This document shows positions 16,985 to 26,570 of a DNA stretch of 64,000 bases, piece by piece (positions within the stretch are counted from its first letter, which is position 1; each line of letters opens with the position of its first letter). The notes beneath the pieces were generated by a model that had not been told where the DNA came from, did no database searches, and worked only from the letters and a program-made list of their open reading frames with translations. Source of the stretch: an uncultured virus (IMG/VR IMGVR_UViG_3300027833_000032) (Duplodnaviria > Heunggongvirae > Uroviricota > Caudoviricetes). The position numbers and the translations under genes are program-made. Location: the IMG/VR virus record IMGVR_UViG_3300027833_000032. One strand, given 5' to 3'.

Positions 16985-18865
16985 ATGGCCACTCCAAAAA
17001 CGCCGATTACCGAACTTGATTTTGATTCGATAAAAAGCCAGTTAAAAACATATCTGCAAACTCAGACTCAATTCAAAGATTATAATTTTGAAGGTTCAAA
17101 TATGAGCGCGATGCTTGATGTGCTCGCTTTTAATACTTTCCAAAATAATTTCTATACTAACATGACAATGAATGAGATGTTTCTTGACTCGGCCGTCTTA
17201 AAGAACTCTATCGTATCTCATGCTAAAGAATTAAACTATATTCCAAGATCTCGTAAGAGCGCTAAAGCAACAGTTCGTGTTACTATTACAGATAGCACAT
17301 TAACTGCTTCGACATTAAGTATTCCTACTTACACAAACTTCAGTTCTAGTTACCAAGGAGAATCCTTTAACTTCGTAACTAATCAAACATATATTGCGAG
17401 ACGATCAGCACCTGGTGTATACGTAGCTGATAATGTTGATATCTATGAAGGACAAATACTTGCATCATTCCAGAGAGAAGGATTTATTATTGATGGAGAC
17501 GGTGTATTACGTGTTCAATTAACTAACGACGAAGTTGATACTGACTCAATTGTTGTATTCGTTGATGCAGAACAATCTGAAGATCGAAACGTATTTGCTC
17601 GTGCTAACACAATTTACGGTGTTAAGAAATTAGATAAGGTATTTTATTTAGAACCTTATTTAGATAACAGATATGCAGTTTATTTTGGTAAAAACGAATT
17701 TGGATTACAGCCAGAAGAGTTTGAAGATGTAAGAGTACGATATCGTGTATGTTCTGGTGAAATAGCAAATGGAGCAAACTCTTTTACAGCAAGCTTTATT
17801 GATGGAGCTACGATTAACGTTACTAGTATATCAGCAGCTGCAGGCGGTGTTGAAAGAGAATCTACTGAGAGCATTAGATATTTTGCTCCTAAAGCTTTAG
17901 CAGTTCAAGAGCGTGCAGTTACAACAAAAGATTACGAAGTATTATTACAACAAGCATTTCCAGAAATTAAAAGTGTAAGTGCTTACGGTGGTGAAGAATT
18001 AGATCCACCTCAATTTGGGCGTGTCGGTATTTCTGTTTATTTAGATGCAGAAACAACACTCATTAGTTCTACACTTGCTAATAGTTATATTACATACTTA
18101 AAAGAAAAGAGTCCATTAGGAATCGAACCAATATTTGTACAGACTAAATTTATTTACGCTGATGTTGTTGCTGATATTGTTTATAGTAATAAAACAACCG
18201 ATAAGAGCGCAGCACAACTTGAAACACTTGTTAGAAATAAAATACAAACTTACGCAAGTACTAACCTCGAAGATTTTGATGTTAAACTCCGCATGAGTAA
18301 ATTAACATCTGATATTGACGCGATTGATGATGGTATTCAAAGTAGTTCCTTCTATATTAAACCACTGATTGATTGGGTACCTGCCTTAAATATTAAGTCA
18401 GCACCAAGTTTTAAATTTGAAATGGAATTAATTAAACCATATCCATTTAGAGACGCTAACGGATTTACAGAATACAAACCAGCCGTAAAGAGTACACCGT
18501 TTGATGTTAATAAGATTTGTGTGTATTTACAAGACGATGGTCTTGGTAATTTAATGACAGTTATTGACGACGCTACAAATCCTCAAGTATCTAATCCAAA
18601 TGTTGGTTCTGTAGATTATACAACAGGAGTAATTAAACTTAATGATATTATCATCGAAGCATTTGACGGTAACTCAATTAAAATAATGGTTTCTCCTAAG
18701 AAGAATGATATCGTTTCGCCAAAAGGCCGTGTGTTTATTATTAGAGATACAGACGTACAAGTTAATATGCAACTTGAAGAAATACCTGGCGCTTCTACAA
18801 CTTCTTCAAGTTCGGCAATAGGTACACTAACAACAAGTAGTACACAAACAACAAGCAGTTATTAA
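16985..18865 (+). CDS. gp6: baseplate wedge subunit
   Basis: ELDFD.IK..LK.YL..Q..F.DYNFEGS, NEMFLDSA, FG....G..P, Q.RAVT..DY and G.VDYTTG motifs. Confidence 0.95.
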   Translation: MATPKTPITELDFDSIKSQLKTYLQTQTQFKDYNFEGSNMSAMLDVLAFNTFQNNFYTNMTMNEMFLDSAVLKNSIVSHAKELNYIPRSRKSAKATVRVTITDSTLTASTLSIPTYTNFSSSYQGESFNFVTNQTYIARRSAPGVYVADNVDIYEGQILASFQREGFIIDGDGVLRVQLTNDEVDTDSIVVFVDAEQSEDRNVFARANTIYGVKKLDKVFYLEPYLDNRYAVYFGKNEFGLQPEEFEDVRVRYRVCSGEIANGANSFTASFIDGATINVTSISAAAGGVERESTESIRYFAPKALAVQERAVTTKDYEVLLQQAFPEIKSVSAYGGEELDPPQFGRVGISVYLDAETTLISSTLANSYITYLKEKSPLGIEPIFVQTKFIYADVVADIVYSNKTTDKSAAQLETLVRNKIQTYASTNLEDFDVKLRMSKLTSDIDAIDDGIQSSSFYIKPLIDWVPALNIKSAPSFKFEMELIKPYPFRDANGFTEYKPAVKSTPFDVNKICVYLQDDGLGNLMTVIDDATNPQVSNPNVGSVDYTTGVIKLNDIIIEAFDGNSIKIMVSPKKNDIVSPKGRVFIIRDTDVQVNMQLEEIPGASTTSSSSAIGTLTTSSTQTTSSY

Positions 18866-18879
18866 TAGGAAATTGAAGA

Positions 18880-21800
18880 ATGGCTGAAAATTATTCGCAG
18901 ATAGAAAAAAGTATAAGCTTTTTTATTAATCAGCAATTCCCTGCGATCTATCGTGAAGATGGTCCTGAGCTTGTACAATTAGCGAAAGACTATTATACGT
19001 TTATGGAAACACAGACTAACCAGTCTATTTATGTTTCTAGACGTTTCTATGAATATAAAGATGTTGATACTACAATCAAGTCGCTACTTATATTTTATCA
19101 GAAGAAATATTTGGCCGATTTAGAATTAAAGGAATCATTAATACCTTTCTTGGTTAAAAATATATTAGACCTTTATAGGCGAAAGGGTACTAAAGCAGGT
19201 ATTGAATTATTCTTTTCTATATTTTACAACGAATATGATATTGATATTGTTTATCCATCATCTAAAATGCTTAAGCCATCTAATTCAGAATGGAAGACTG
19301 GAGCATTCTTGCAGATGTTCCCAAACGACAATCAGTTTTTAAGTAAATCAAATATAGCATATACATATGCTGATCTCATATCAAAAAATATTACTGGTAG
19401 TATATCTAAAGCAGTCGCTTCTGTAACTAAAATTAACTCAATATTAATTAATGGTATTTACACACCTATTATTTACATTGATAATGTTCAGGGCAAATTT
19501 ACAAAGTACGATGATATCTTTACAAGTATAGCTGGTGAAATTGTTACTTTCGGTCGTTTAAATGGATCCTTATCGGAATTCACTGTAGATCCTACTGGCG
19601 GACCTGGCTCAAAGAAATTACCTAATAATAATCCTGGTGATCTATTCAAAGTTGTTTCAAGCACATCTGGTGCTGGCGGCGAAGGTATTGTTGTAACAAC
19701 ATCTGCAGAAACAGATAGTATTGCTACTTATGATATTCAAGACGGTGGCTTTGGTTATACGGTTGCCAATACATCTTTTATAGTATCAGACCAAGCTATA
19801 CAAAGAGCGATCAGTGACCAAACAGTATTTACTTACGGTGAAGTATTACGAGACACTCAAGGCAATGAAGGATTTGTAGTTGGAACCAACGCAAGAAGTA
19901 TTGGTGTTAAAAGAACGTCTGGATCATTTAGTCAAACATATGCTATTAGTACAGTTGATCGTAGTCCAAACATCGATTTAAAAGCACTGGGTATTCAGCG
20001 CGATGTTTCAGGAACACCTATTGAGCCTTCTCCTGGCATACTTTATCCAGACGGTAGTCCACCAGATGCTAATACACACGTTACTGCTGTATTATCAAAT
20101 ACACAAACAGTTCCGTTAATTACAGATTTAATTCAACCGTTTTTAGGTATCCAAGTTCACTTAACAGATATAAATGCAGGTGTAACTGGTGATGCAAACG
20201 TAAGTGATTATAATAGTGGTGCAACAAATATGTCAGGCACCACTGTTGCTCCAAATATTTACACAGTATTAACAGACGCATTTAATATTCAAAATGTTGA
20301 AATTGGTACAATTTCTGGATTTGCAAATGTTAATCCAGGTAAAGGGTACAATTTTGATATCTTTGCTAAAGCTAAAGACGATTCTATTACAAAATTTAAT
20401 AAGAAAAATCAGATCATTACTTTAGTTAATCCGATTGATGTTTCTTTATTTGAGTTGCAAGAAACTATTACAGAATCTAGTACAGCAGCAACTGCAGTTG
20501 TTATAGCTAAGGATACTACTGCAGGCTCTATAACAGTTATACCAAATACTTGGTATGGATTCTCAGGTACTAATAACGTTATCCGTAGTAATCTCGATGA
20601 GTATGCTATAGCAAGTGCTTCTCTTGATTATAATAGTACTAAAATATTCGGTGACAACGCTATAATAGATGCTAATGTAGATTATGAAACTGGTTATATT
20701 GAAACTGTAGCTATTAACAATTCAGGTTTTTCTTATCTCGATGGTGACACAGGAACACTTGTTGATCCAGACGACAGTACTAGAGAATTAGCTTTCGGTA
20801 CAATTACAGCCGATACTCAGGGTAGAAATAAAGGTTATTGGAAAGATTATACTTCACATATTGACGGTTATGTTGTTCAACCAATCACTGCTCAAACTCT
20901 AATATTACCAACGGCCGATTTTCAACTTCAAGCACTAAGAACTGCAGTAGGTGTTACTACTACACCTCCCGACTTTACCACCTGGGGCCAATCAATAGCT
21001 TCAGATGGATTTGCTTATTTAGATATGAACCAGAGCGGTGGTTCTATTACATCAGCCGATGCTTTACAATTCGCTTATTTAGCAGGTAAAACTGCAGATG
21101 CGGCCACAGTAAATAGATGGAATAATATAGTAGTTCCAAGTTTGCAAGCACAATGGTGGTATAGTTCATATCCTAATTTGTATAGCTTTGTTCAAGAAGT
21201 AAAATACTCTAGTGCAGGAATGAGAATACAAGACAGTAATTTCTATCAAGAATATTCATACCAAATTAAATCTACACTTGATAAGAGTAGATATGAGAAA
21301 CTACTTAAAGAGAATGTGCACCTTGCTGGTACTAAAATGTTTGGCGACTTTATTTACAAATATGAAAATGCTAGCACAACAAAAGCAAGATTCATTAGAT
21401 TTTTCAATGACGATGGATATGGTTCAGCTCTGGATATTGCTAACACAAGTTTACTTGAAGCTTCAGTTACAAACTTTACTGTTGATAGTTCATATGTTAC
21501 AGCAGACCATGTTACCGGCGGTTCAGGCGGAGTAAGCTTAAATTTAAACACCGATTTAGATATATCAAAAAATTGGAGTCAAGGCCTTCATAATTATGAC
21601 ATGACAATAAAGATGCCTACGACAGGTTCAGCACCATACCCTGTAGCAATAGTATTACATGGCAACGGTGGTAATGGGCCTGCAACAGCAGCACAATTTG
21701 TAAGTGTATTGCCAGGCCACATAATAGTTGGTGTACAGGGTTACGGAAATTCTTGGAATATTTCTAATGAAGCAAGTAACGGACCTGATATTGAAATGTT

Positions 21801-22365
21801 AAATGAGCTTATAGACAGCTTAAAAACGTATCAAAATGTAGATACTACTAAGATTCGTATTATAGGAATATCAAATGGTGGTGGTCTTACGTTAAGAGCC
21901 GCAGTTGAAATAACTGATCCAGCTGTTGATGTTTGTATAGATATTATTTCACAAGTAAATAGCGATCAGTATAGATCTGGTCAATTCTATAAACCATCAA
22001 ATGAAGAACAAACTGGTGATGCTTATGCAAATGATGGATACGATACATTAGTTTCTACATTACCACAAAGAAAGATTTTACAGTTAAATGGAAGAAATGA
22101 TACTGTTGTTCCGTATAACGGTGGTAATTTTGTAGGAATGACTTTCTTAAGTGCTGCAAATAGTGCTTACGCGCTTGGACTTGCACAAGGATATAGTGGA
22201 AGCATATCAAGCGGTACTACTTACGGTACGAATTCTTCACTTGTTGATTACGGAGATGTTATATTCTTAAACGACGCTGTAGGCCACTCAGTTTCTAGCG
22301 ATATGGAGCATCTCATTACAAGGTACTTAGAAAACAATTATGATATCACAACTCCGCCATCATAA
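18880..22365 (+). CDS. gp7: baseplate wedge initiator gp7-like with C-terminal alpha/beta-hydrolase domain
   Basis: QFP.IYRE, KNILDLYRRKGT, RIQDSNFYQEYSY..HLAGTKMFG; then LHGNGG, GISNGG, NDTVVPY and GHS esterase motifs. Confidence 0.8.
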   Translation: MAENYSQIEKSISFFINQQFPAIYREDGPELVQLAKDYYTFMETQTNQSIYVSRRFYEYKDVDTTIKSLLIFYQKKYLADLELKESLIPFLVKNILDLYRRKGTKAGIELFFSIFYNEYDIDIVYPSSKMLKPSNSEWKTGAFLQMFPNDNQFLSKSNIAYTYADLISKNITGSISKAVASVTKINSILINGIYTPIIYIDNVQGKFTKYDDIFTSIAGEIVTFGRLNGSLSEFTVDPTGGPGSKKLPNNNPGDLFKVVSSTSGAGGEGIVVTTSAETDSIATYDIQDGGFGYTVANTSFIVSDQAIQRAISDQTVFTYGEVLRDTQGNEGFVVGTNARSIGVKRTSGSFSQTYAISTVDRSPNIDLKALGIQRDVSGTPIEPSPGILYPDGSPPDANTHVTAVLSNTQTVPLITDLIQPFLGIQVHLTDINAGVTGDANVSDYNSGATNMSGTTVAPNIYTVLTDAFNIQNVEIGTISGFANVNPGKGYNFDIFAKAKDDSITKFNKKNQIITLVNPIDVSLFELQETITESSTAATAVVIAKDTTAGSITVIPNTWYGFSGTNNVIRSNLDEYAIASASLDYNSTKIFGDNAIIDANVDYETGYIETVAINNSGFSYLDGDTGTLVDPDDSTRELAFGTITADTQGRNKGYWKDYTSHIDGYVVQPITAQTLILPTADFQLQALRTAVGVTTTPPDFTTWGQSIASDGFAYLDMNQSGGSITSADALQFAYLAGKTADAATVNRWNNIVVPSLQAQWWYSSYPNLYSFVQEVKYSSAGMRIQDSNFYQEYSYQIKSTLDKSRYEKLLKENVHLAGTKMFGDFIYKYENASTTKARFIRFFNDDGYGSALDIANTSLLEASVTNFTVDSSYVTADHVTGGSGGVSLNLNTDLDISKNWSQGLHNYDMTIKMPTTGSAPYPVAIVLHGNGGNGPATAAQFVSVLPGHIIVGVQGYGNSWNISNEASNGPDIEMLNELIDSLKTYQNVDTTKIRIIGISNGGGLTLRAAVEITDPAVDVCIDIISQVNSDQYRSGQFYKPSNEEQTGDAYANDGYDTLVSTLPQRKILQLNGRNDTVVPYNGGNFVGMTFLSAANSAYALGLAQGYSGSISSGTTYGTNSSLVDYGDVIFLNDAVGHSVSSDMEHLITRYLENNYDITTPPS

Positions 22366-22388
22366 TACATGATATCGTAAGAGCTTAA

Positions 22389-22396
22389 TATAAATA
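22389..22396 (+). promoter_or_regulatory. T4 late promoter
   Basis: Intergenic TATAAATA about 43 nt before ATG 22439. Confidence 0.8.
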
Positions 22397-22438
22397 TAAT
22401 ATAAAAACCACAACTATAAAGAATTTTAGGAAAACATC

Positions 22439-24319
22439 ATGACAAAACAAGTAATTAATATTGGTGCATCCGCTAACGATGGAACAGGCGACCCGTTAAG
22501 AAATGCATTCGATAAAGTCAACGATAACTTTAATGAGTTATACACAAACGGAAGTACTAATGGTACTACGCTTATAGATCTGTTCGACAGTTCTGGTAAC
22601 TTAGATCTTTATAATAAACCGCATAAGGTCAGTTTTCTTTATTCAACAGAAGCAGCACTAAAAGCAATTAGTGCAGCTACTTATCATGGTTGTATTGGTC
22701 ACGCGCATGATACTGGTTCGGTATATTACGCACACGGTTCTTGGAGAAGATTATTATCTGATAATTCTAATAACGATATTACAAGTTATACTGATCCTCT
22801 TAGCAAGCATGTTTACTCGACCAATATTTCAAACGCAGAAACAGCCGACTATGTTCTTAAAACAAACGCTGACGGAACTTATACTTGGGTGGCCCAAGCA
22901 AGTGGTGGCGGTAGTGCTATTACTATACAAGACGAAGGTTCAGCGCTATCAACAGCAGCTTCAACTATTAACTTTGTAGGTTCAGGTGTTGTAGCATCTG
23001 GAACAGGTGCAACTAAAACAATTACAATTAATAGTGGTGGCTCATCTGCTAATACATTTGGAACAATCGCTATCGGTGGAACTAATATAGTAGCTGATAC
23101 CGCAACAGACACACTAAATCTTGTAGCAGGAGCAAATATCACGCTTACAGCAAATAGTACAAGTGATACTATTACTATAGCAAGTGCAGGTGGTGGCGGA
23201 GGCGGTGGTACTGACCTTAATAGTTTAAACGCAGGTGTTATTGATGTTGCAGCTGATAGTATCGGTTTTATAGATAACAACGACTCAAGTACTTCTAAGA
23301 AAGAAACTATAGTTGATTTAGTTGAAGCGATCGCTGGTACTGGTTTATCTGGTTCTGCTGGTGTACTATCATCTACGATTACACAATACGCTAACGCAGA
23401 TGTTAACGCTCACTTAAATACAAGTTCTGCAGCAAATAACGAAGTATTATCGTGGACTGGTTCAGACTTTGATTGGGTCGCGCAATCAGGTGGCGGCGGC
23501 GGCGGTTCTTCAACCTTTGCTGCATTAACTGAAATTGCTCTTGCTGATTTAGATGTACATGATATTGCGGTTCCTGCTACATCAGTCCATGTAATGACAC
23601 CTAATGGATCTTCATATCGTTCTGATATTCATGGAACAACTGAAAACCCAACATTATATGTAAATGCAGGCGAAACAATTGCATTTGATTTAACAGGTGT
23701 TACTGCTTCTCATCCTTTCCAAATTCAAACAACTAGTGACTCAGCATATAACACTGGCCTAATTCATATTGCTCCTGATGGAACTAAAACAACTGGATCC
23801 AGCGCTCAAGGTAAAACAAGTGGTACATTATATTGGAAAGTACCAGGATCTATAAGCGGCGATTACGAATATATTTGTACTGCGCATTCAGGTATGAAAG
23901 GAACTATTACAATTAAAGATCCTTCTGCTGCGGCAGGCGGAGTATCAAGAGTTACTGAAACTGAAACAACAGCTTCTACATCCGATGGCGCTAGTGCAAG
24001 TGTTGAGTTTGCTACATTAGGTAAATCATTCGCAATACAAAAAGTAACTGCTGAAAAAGAATCATGGATACGAATATATTCTGACACTGCTTCAAGAACA
24101 GCAGACTCAAGTAGAACACAAGGAACTGATCCTTCAGACGGTTCTGGAGTTATTGCAGAATTTATTGCTACTTCAGCAAATACAGTGTTTAAAGTAACAC
24201 CTGCTATTATGGGCTGGCTCGATGATAACGAAACACAAGTTCCTGTAGCAGTACAAAATAATACTGGTGGAACAACGACAACACAAGTTACAATTACTGC
24301 GTTAAAAATAGAGTCTTAA
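22439..24319 (+). CDS. virion structural protein with gp9/gp10-like N-terminus and cupredoxin-like domain
   Basis: KQVINIG..ANDGTGDPLRNAF.KVN.NF.ELY N-terminus; Gly linkers; SHPF...YICTAHSGMKG. Confidence 0.75.
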   Translation: MTKQVINIGASANDGTGDPLRNAFDKVNDNFNELYTNGSTNGTTLIDLFDSSGNLDLYNKPHKVSFLYSTEAALKAISAATYHGCIGHAHDTGSVYYAHGSWRRLLSDNSNNDITSYTDPLSKHVYSTNISNAETADYVLKTNADGTYTWVAQASGGGSAITIQDEGSALSTAASTINFVGSGVVASGTGATKTITINSGGSSANTFGTIAIGGTNIVADTATDTLNLVAGANITLTANSTSDTITIASAGGGGGGGTDLNSLNAGVIDVAADSIGFIDNNDSSTSKKETIVDLVEAIAGTGLSGSAGVLSSTITQYANADVNAHLNTSSAANNEVLSWTGSDFDWVAQSGGGGGGSSTFAALTEIALADLDVHDIAVPATSVHVMTPNGSSYRSDIHGTTENPTLYVNAGETIAFDLTGVTASHPFQIQTTSDSAYNTGLIHIAPDGTKTTGSSAQGKTSGTLYWKVPGSISGDYEYICTAHSGMKGTITIKDPSAAAGGVSRVTETETTASTSDGASASVEFATLGKSFAIQKVTAEKESWIRIYSDTASRTADSSRTQGTDPSDGSGVIAEFIATSANTVFKVTPAIMGWLDDNETQVPVAVQNNTGGTTTTQVTITALKIES

Positions 24320-24322
24320 TAT

Positions 24323-26527
24323 ATGTCTAAGAAACTTTACAACATCGTTATGAATCCTGGAGTTCCTGAAACGGATCTATTGGAAAATGAAGCAAGTGAA
24401 ATGGAGTTAAACTTTAACCCAGATCTATTTGACGGTTTGTTGTGTATGATGTTGACTGAAGACGAAGCTAACGTAATTATAGCAAGTGGTAAAGTAAAAG
24501 AATGTTTACCAGAAAGACAAGCAATAGAAACAGCGTATCCTTCTTCAACTCCAAGATACGAAAGCTCTACAGTAACTTATAGAACTAAATTTGGTCCAGT
24601 TGGTGGTTCTACTGGTAAAAACTACACTGGCATGAATATGTATCTAACAAGTGAGTTTAATCCCGCAGCAAATGCTACCCCACCTATAGGATACTTTGGA
24701 GATTATCAGTTTGATGACACAGTTAAAACTAACTTTGCTGGCGACTATGTTGATATAGTTGCTATTGAAGCTGGAGCGCCTGATGCTGGAAACGCAGGAC
24801 ATGAAGATCATGTTGATTTTGAAGAATGGGATTCTAATAATTCTAAATTTATTCCTACAGATTGGTCAGCATATAACGGTGCTGTAACTTCAGCAAGAAA
24901 TAATCAAATAACTAACATGAATACAAATTGGTTTTCAGATCATGCAATTGGTGTATTAAGTGCAGCAGGTGGTAAGTATTGCGGCTGGGGTAAAAAATCA
25001 ACGTTAAGAGTAATATATCTAGTTGACGGCACATCAAACGCTTATTATGCAGTTCTTCAATGGCATCTTTCTAAAGCAGTAAATCCAGCAACAGGAGTTC
25101 GTAATGCAACTGTTGTTACGGGTGCTTGGGGATATAGCGCAGTAGAACATGAAAAGTTTTATAAAATAGATGATATTGGTTCTATGATAACTCAAGGTGG
25201 TTCTGTAACAACTACTAGACCATCAGGAACAGGTTCTGTACAAGCATTAAGCTTTACGGCCACAGCATCAGATTCATCTAATTATCAAGTAACTGGAACA
25301 GATAGAAATGGTTCTGTTTCTGGTAATGACCCAACAATTAATGCGGTCGTTGGCGATACTATTAATATAACAAACAATGCTAGTGGCAGCCACCCAATGT
25401 ATTTTAAAACGGTTGCTACGACAGGCACAGGATCTCAGGTTTTTGGTGCTACAGGACAGGGTTCTGGGAGTATGAGCTGGACACCAACTTCAGCAGGAAC
25501 ATATTATTACATTTGCCAATATCATGGTGGCATGGTTGGAACAATAAATATTATAGCAGCTACAACAGCAAGTTGGGGAACAGACTTAACGCCGTTTACA
25601 GATAACTATATTATACCAAGAGTGATTAATCACCCTGCTGATAGTACTGATTATTGGATGGTTTCTATTCCAGACCAAACAAGAGCATCATTCTTTGATA
25701 CTGTTATGGGTCAATATGCTGCCAATAACGGAATTTATCACTTTAAAAGCGCAGGCAATAATGCTCACGTAATGGTTAATCCACTCGATACTGAATTTTC
25801 AAATAGAGTAATTGTTGATAGTTCAGCATCTGGAGTTTTAAATACTTTAGACTCTCAAGGCAGAAATCAATTTACTACCACCTCAACAGGAAGTGCTCAA
25901 ACACTATACGTACTACGAAGTGAAATTGATGGTGGAGACGATCAGTTTACAATTGGTGCTTGCCAACAAGATGAAACAAACAGATTAATGGATGATTATA
26001 GTAACCGTGGAAAAGCAATTGATTTTTCTGCGTATGGTGCATATACATGGACATCATATCCATCAACTACTTACACAGACGGTAAATGGGGATACTTTAG
26101 TGGAACAAGTTGTGCTGCACCAGTTGCTGCAGGTTGTGCAACAGTATTTTTAGATTGGTACTTTACACAAAGAGGTGTATATCCATCTATTGCTCAACTA
26201 AAAGAATTAATGACAAAACATGCAAAAGAAAATTTAATTGGCGAGAATTTAATTGACTTTAGCAATATACCATCCGCGGCTGATATACCATCAGCAAAAT
26301 TATATTCTTCACTAGATGTAAATAGAGTTAAAGATAATGATTACCAAAATGGCGGTGCAGATTTAACAGAACTATACGGAACTCCAGCATTAAGAGTTCA
26401 TATACCTTGGGGAATCAGAATGGGCAGCGGTAAATATATCGCTGGTGGTTCAGAACAAACAACACATAAAAGGAGACCGACCTCTGGATCTGTCTGGCCT
26501 AGAAGAAAGGTTTCCTTTTCTTCTTGA
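24323..26527 (+). CDS. subtilisin-like (S8) peptidase with inserted cupredoxin-like domain
   Basis: VDIVAIEAG, DHAIGV.S.AGG, SAGN and FSGTSCAAP motifs; insert SHPMY...YICQYHGGMVG. Confidence 0.82.
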   Translation: MSKKLYNIVMNPGVPETDLLENEASEMELNFNPDLFDGLLCMMLTEDEANVIIASGKVKECLPERQAIETAYPSSTPRYESSTVTYRTKFGPVGGSTGKNYTGMNMYLTSEFNPAANATPPIGYFGDYQFDDTVKTNFAGDYVDIVAIEAGAPDAGNAGHEDHVDFEEWDSNNSKFIPTDWSAYNGAVTSARNNQITNMNTNWFSDHAIGVLSAAGGKYCGWGKKSTLRVIYLVDGTSNAYYAVLQWHLSKAVNPATGVRNATVVTGAWGYSAVEHEKFYKIDDIGSMITQGGSVTTTRPSGTGSVQALSFTATASDSSNYQVTGTDRNGSVSGNDPTINAVVGDTINITNNASGSHPMYFKTVATTGTGSQVFGATGQGSGSMSWTPTSAGTYYYICQYHGGMVGTINIIAATTASWGTDLTPFTDNYIIPRVINHPADSTDYWMVSIPDQTRASFFDTVMGQYAANNGIYHFKSAGNNAHVMVNPLDTEFSNRVIVDSSASGVLNTLDSQGRNQFTTTSTGSAQTLYVLRSEIDGGDDQFTIGACQQDETNRLMDDYSNRGKAIDFSAYGAYTWTSYPSTTYTDGKWGYFSGTSCAAPVAAGCATVFLDWYFTQRGVYPSIAQLKELMTKHAKENLIGENLIDFSNIPSAADIPSAKLYSSLDVNRVKDNDYQNGGADLTELYGTPALRVHIPWGIRMGSGKYIAGGSEQTTHKRRPTSGSVWPRRKVSFSS

Positions 26528-26534
26528 GACCTAT

Positions 26535-26542
26535 TATAAATA
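26535..26542 (+). promoter_or_regulatory. T4 late promoter
   Basis: Intergenic TATAAATA upstream of gp8. Confidence 0.8.
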
Positions 26543-26570
26543 ATAAAAACAGTTAGAGTCGAACTTAAAA

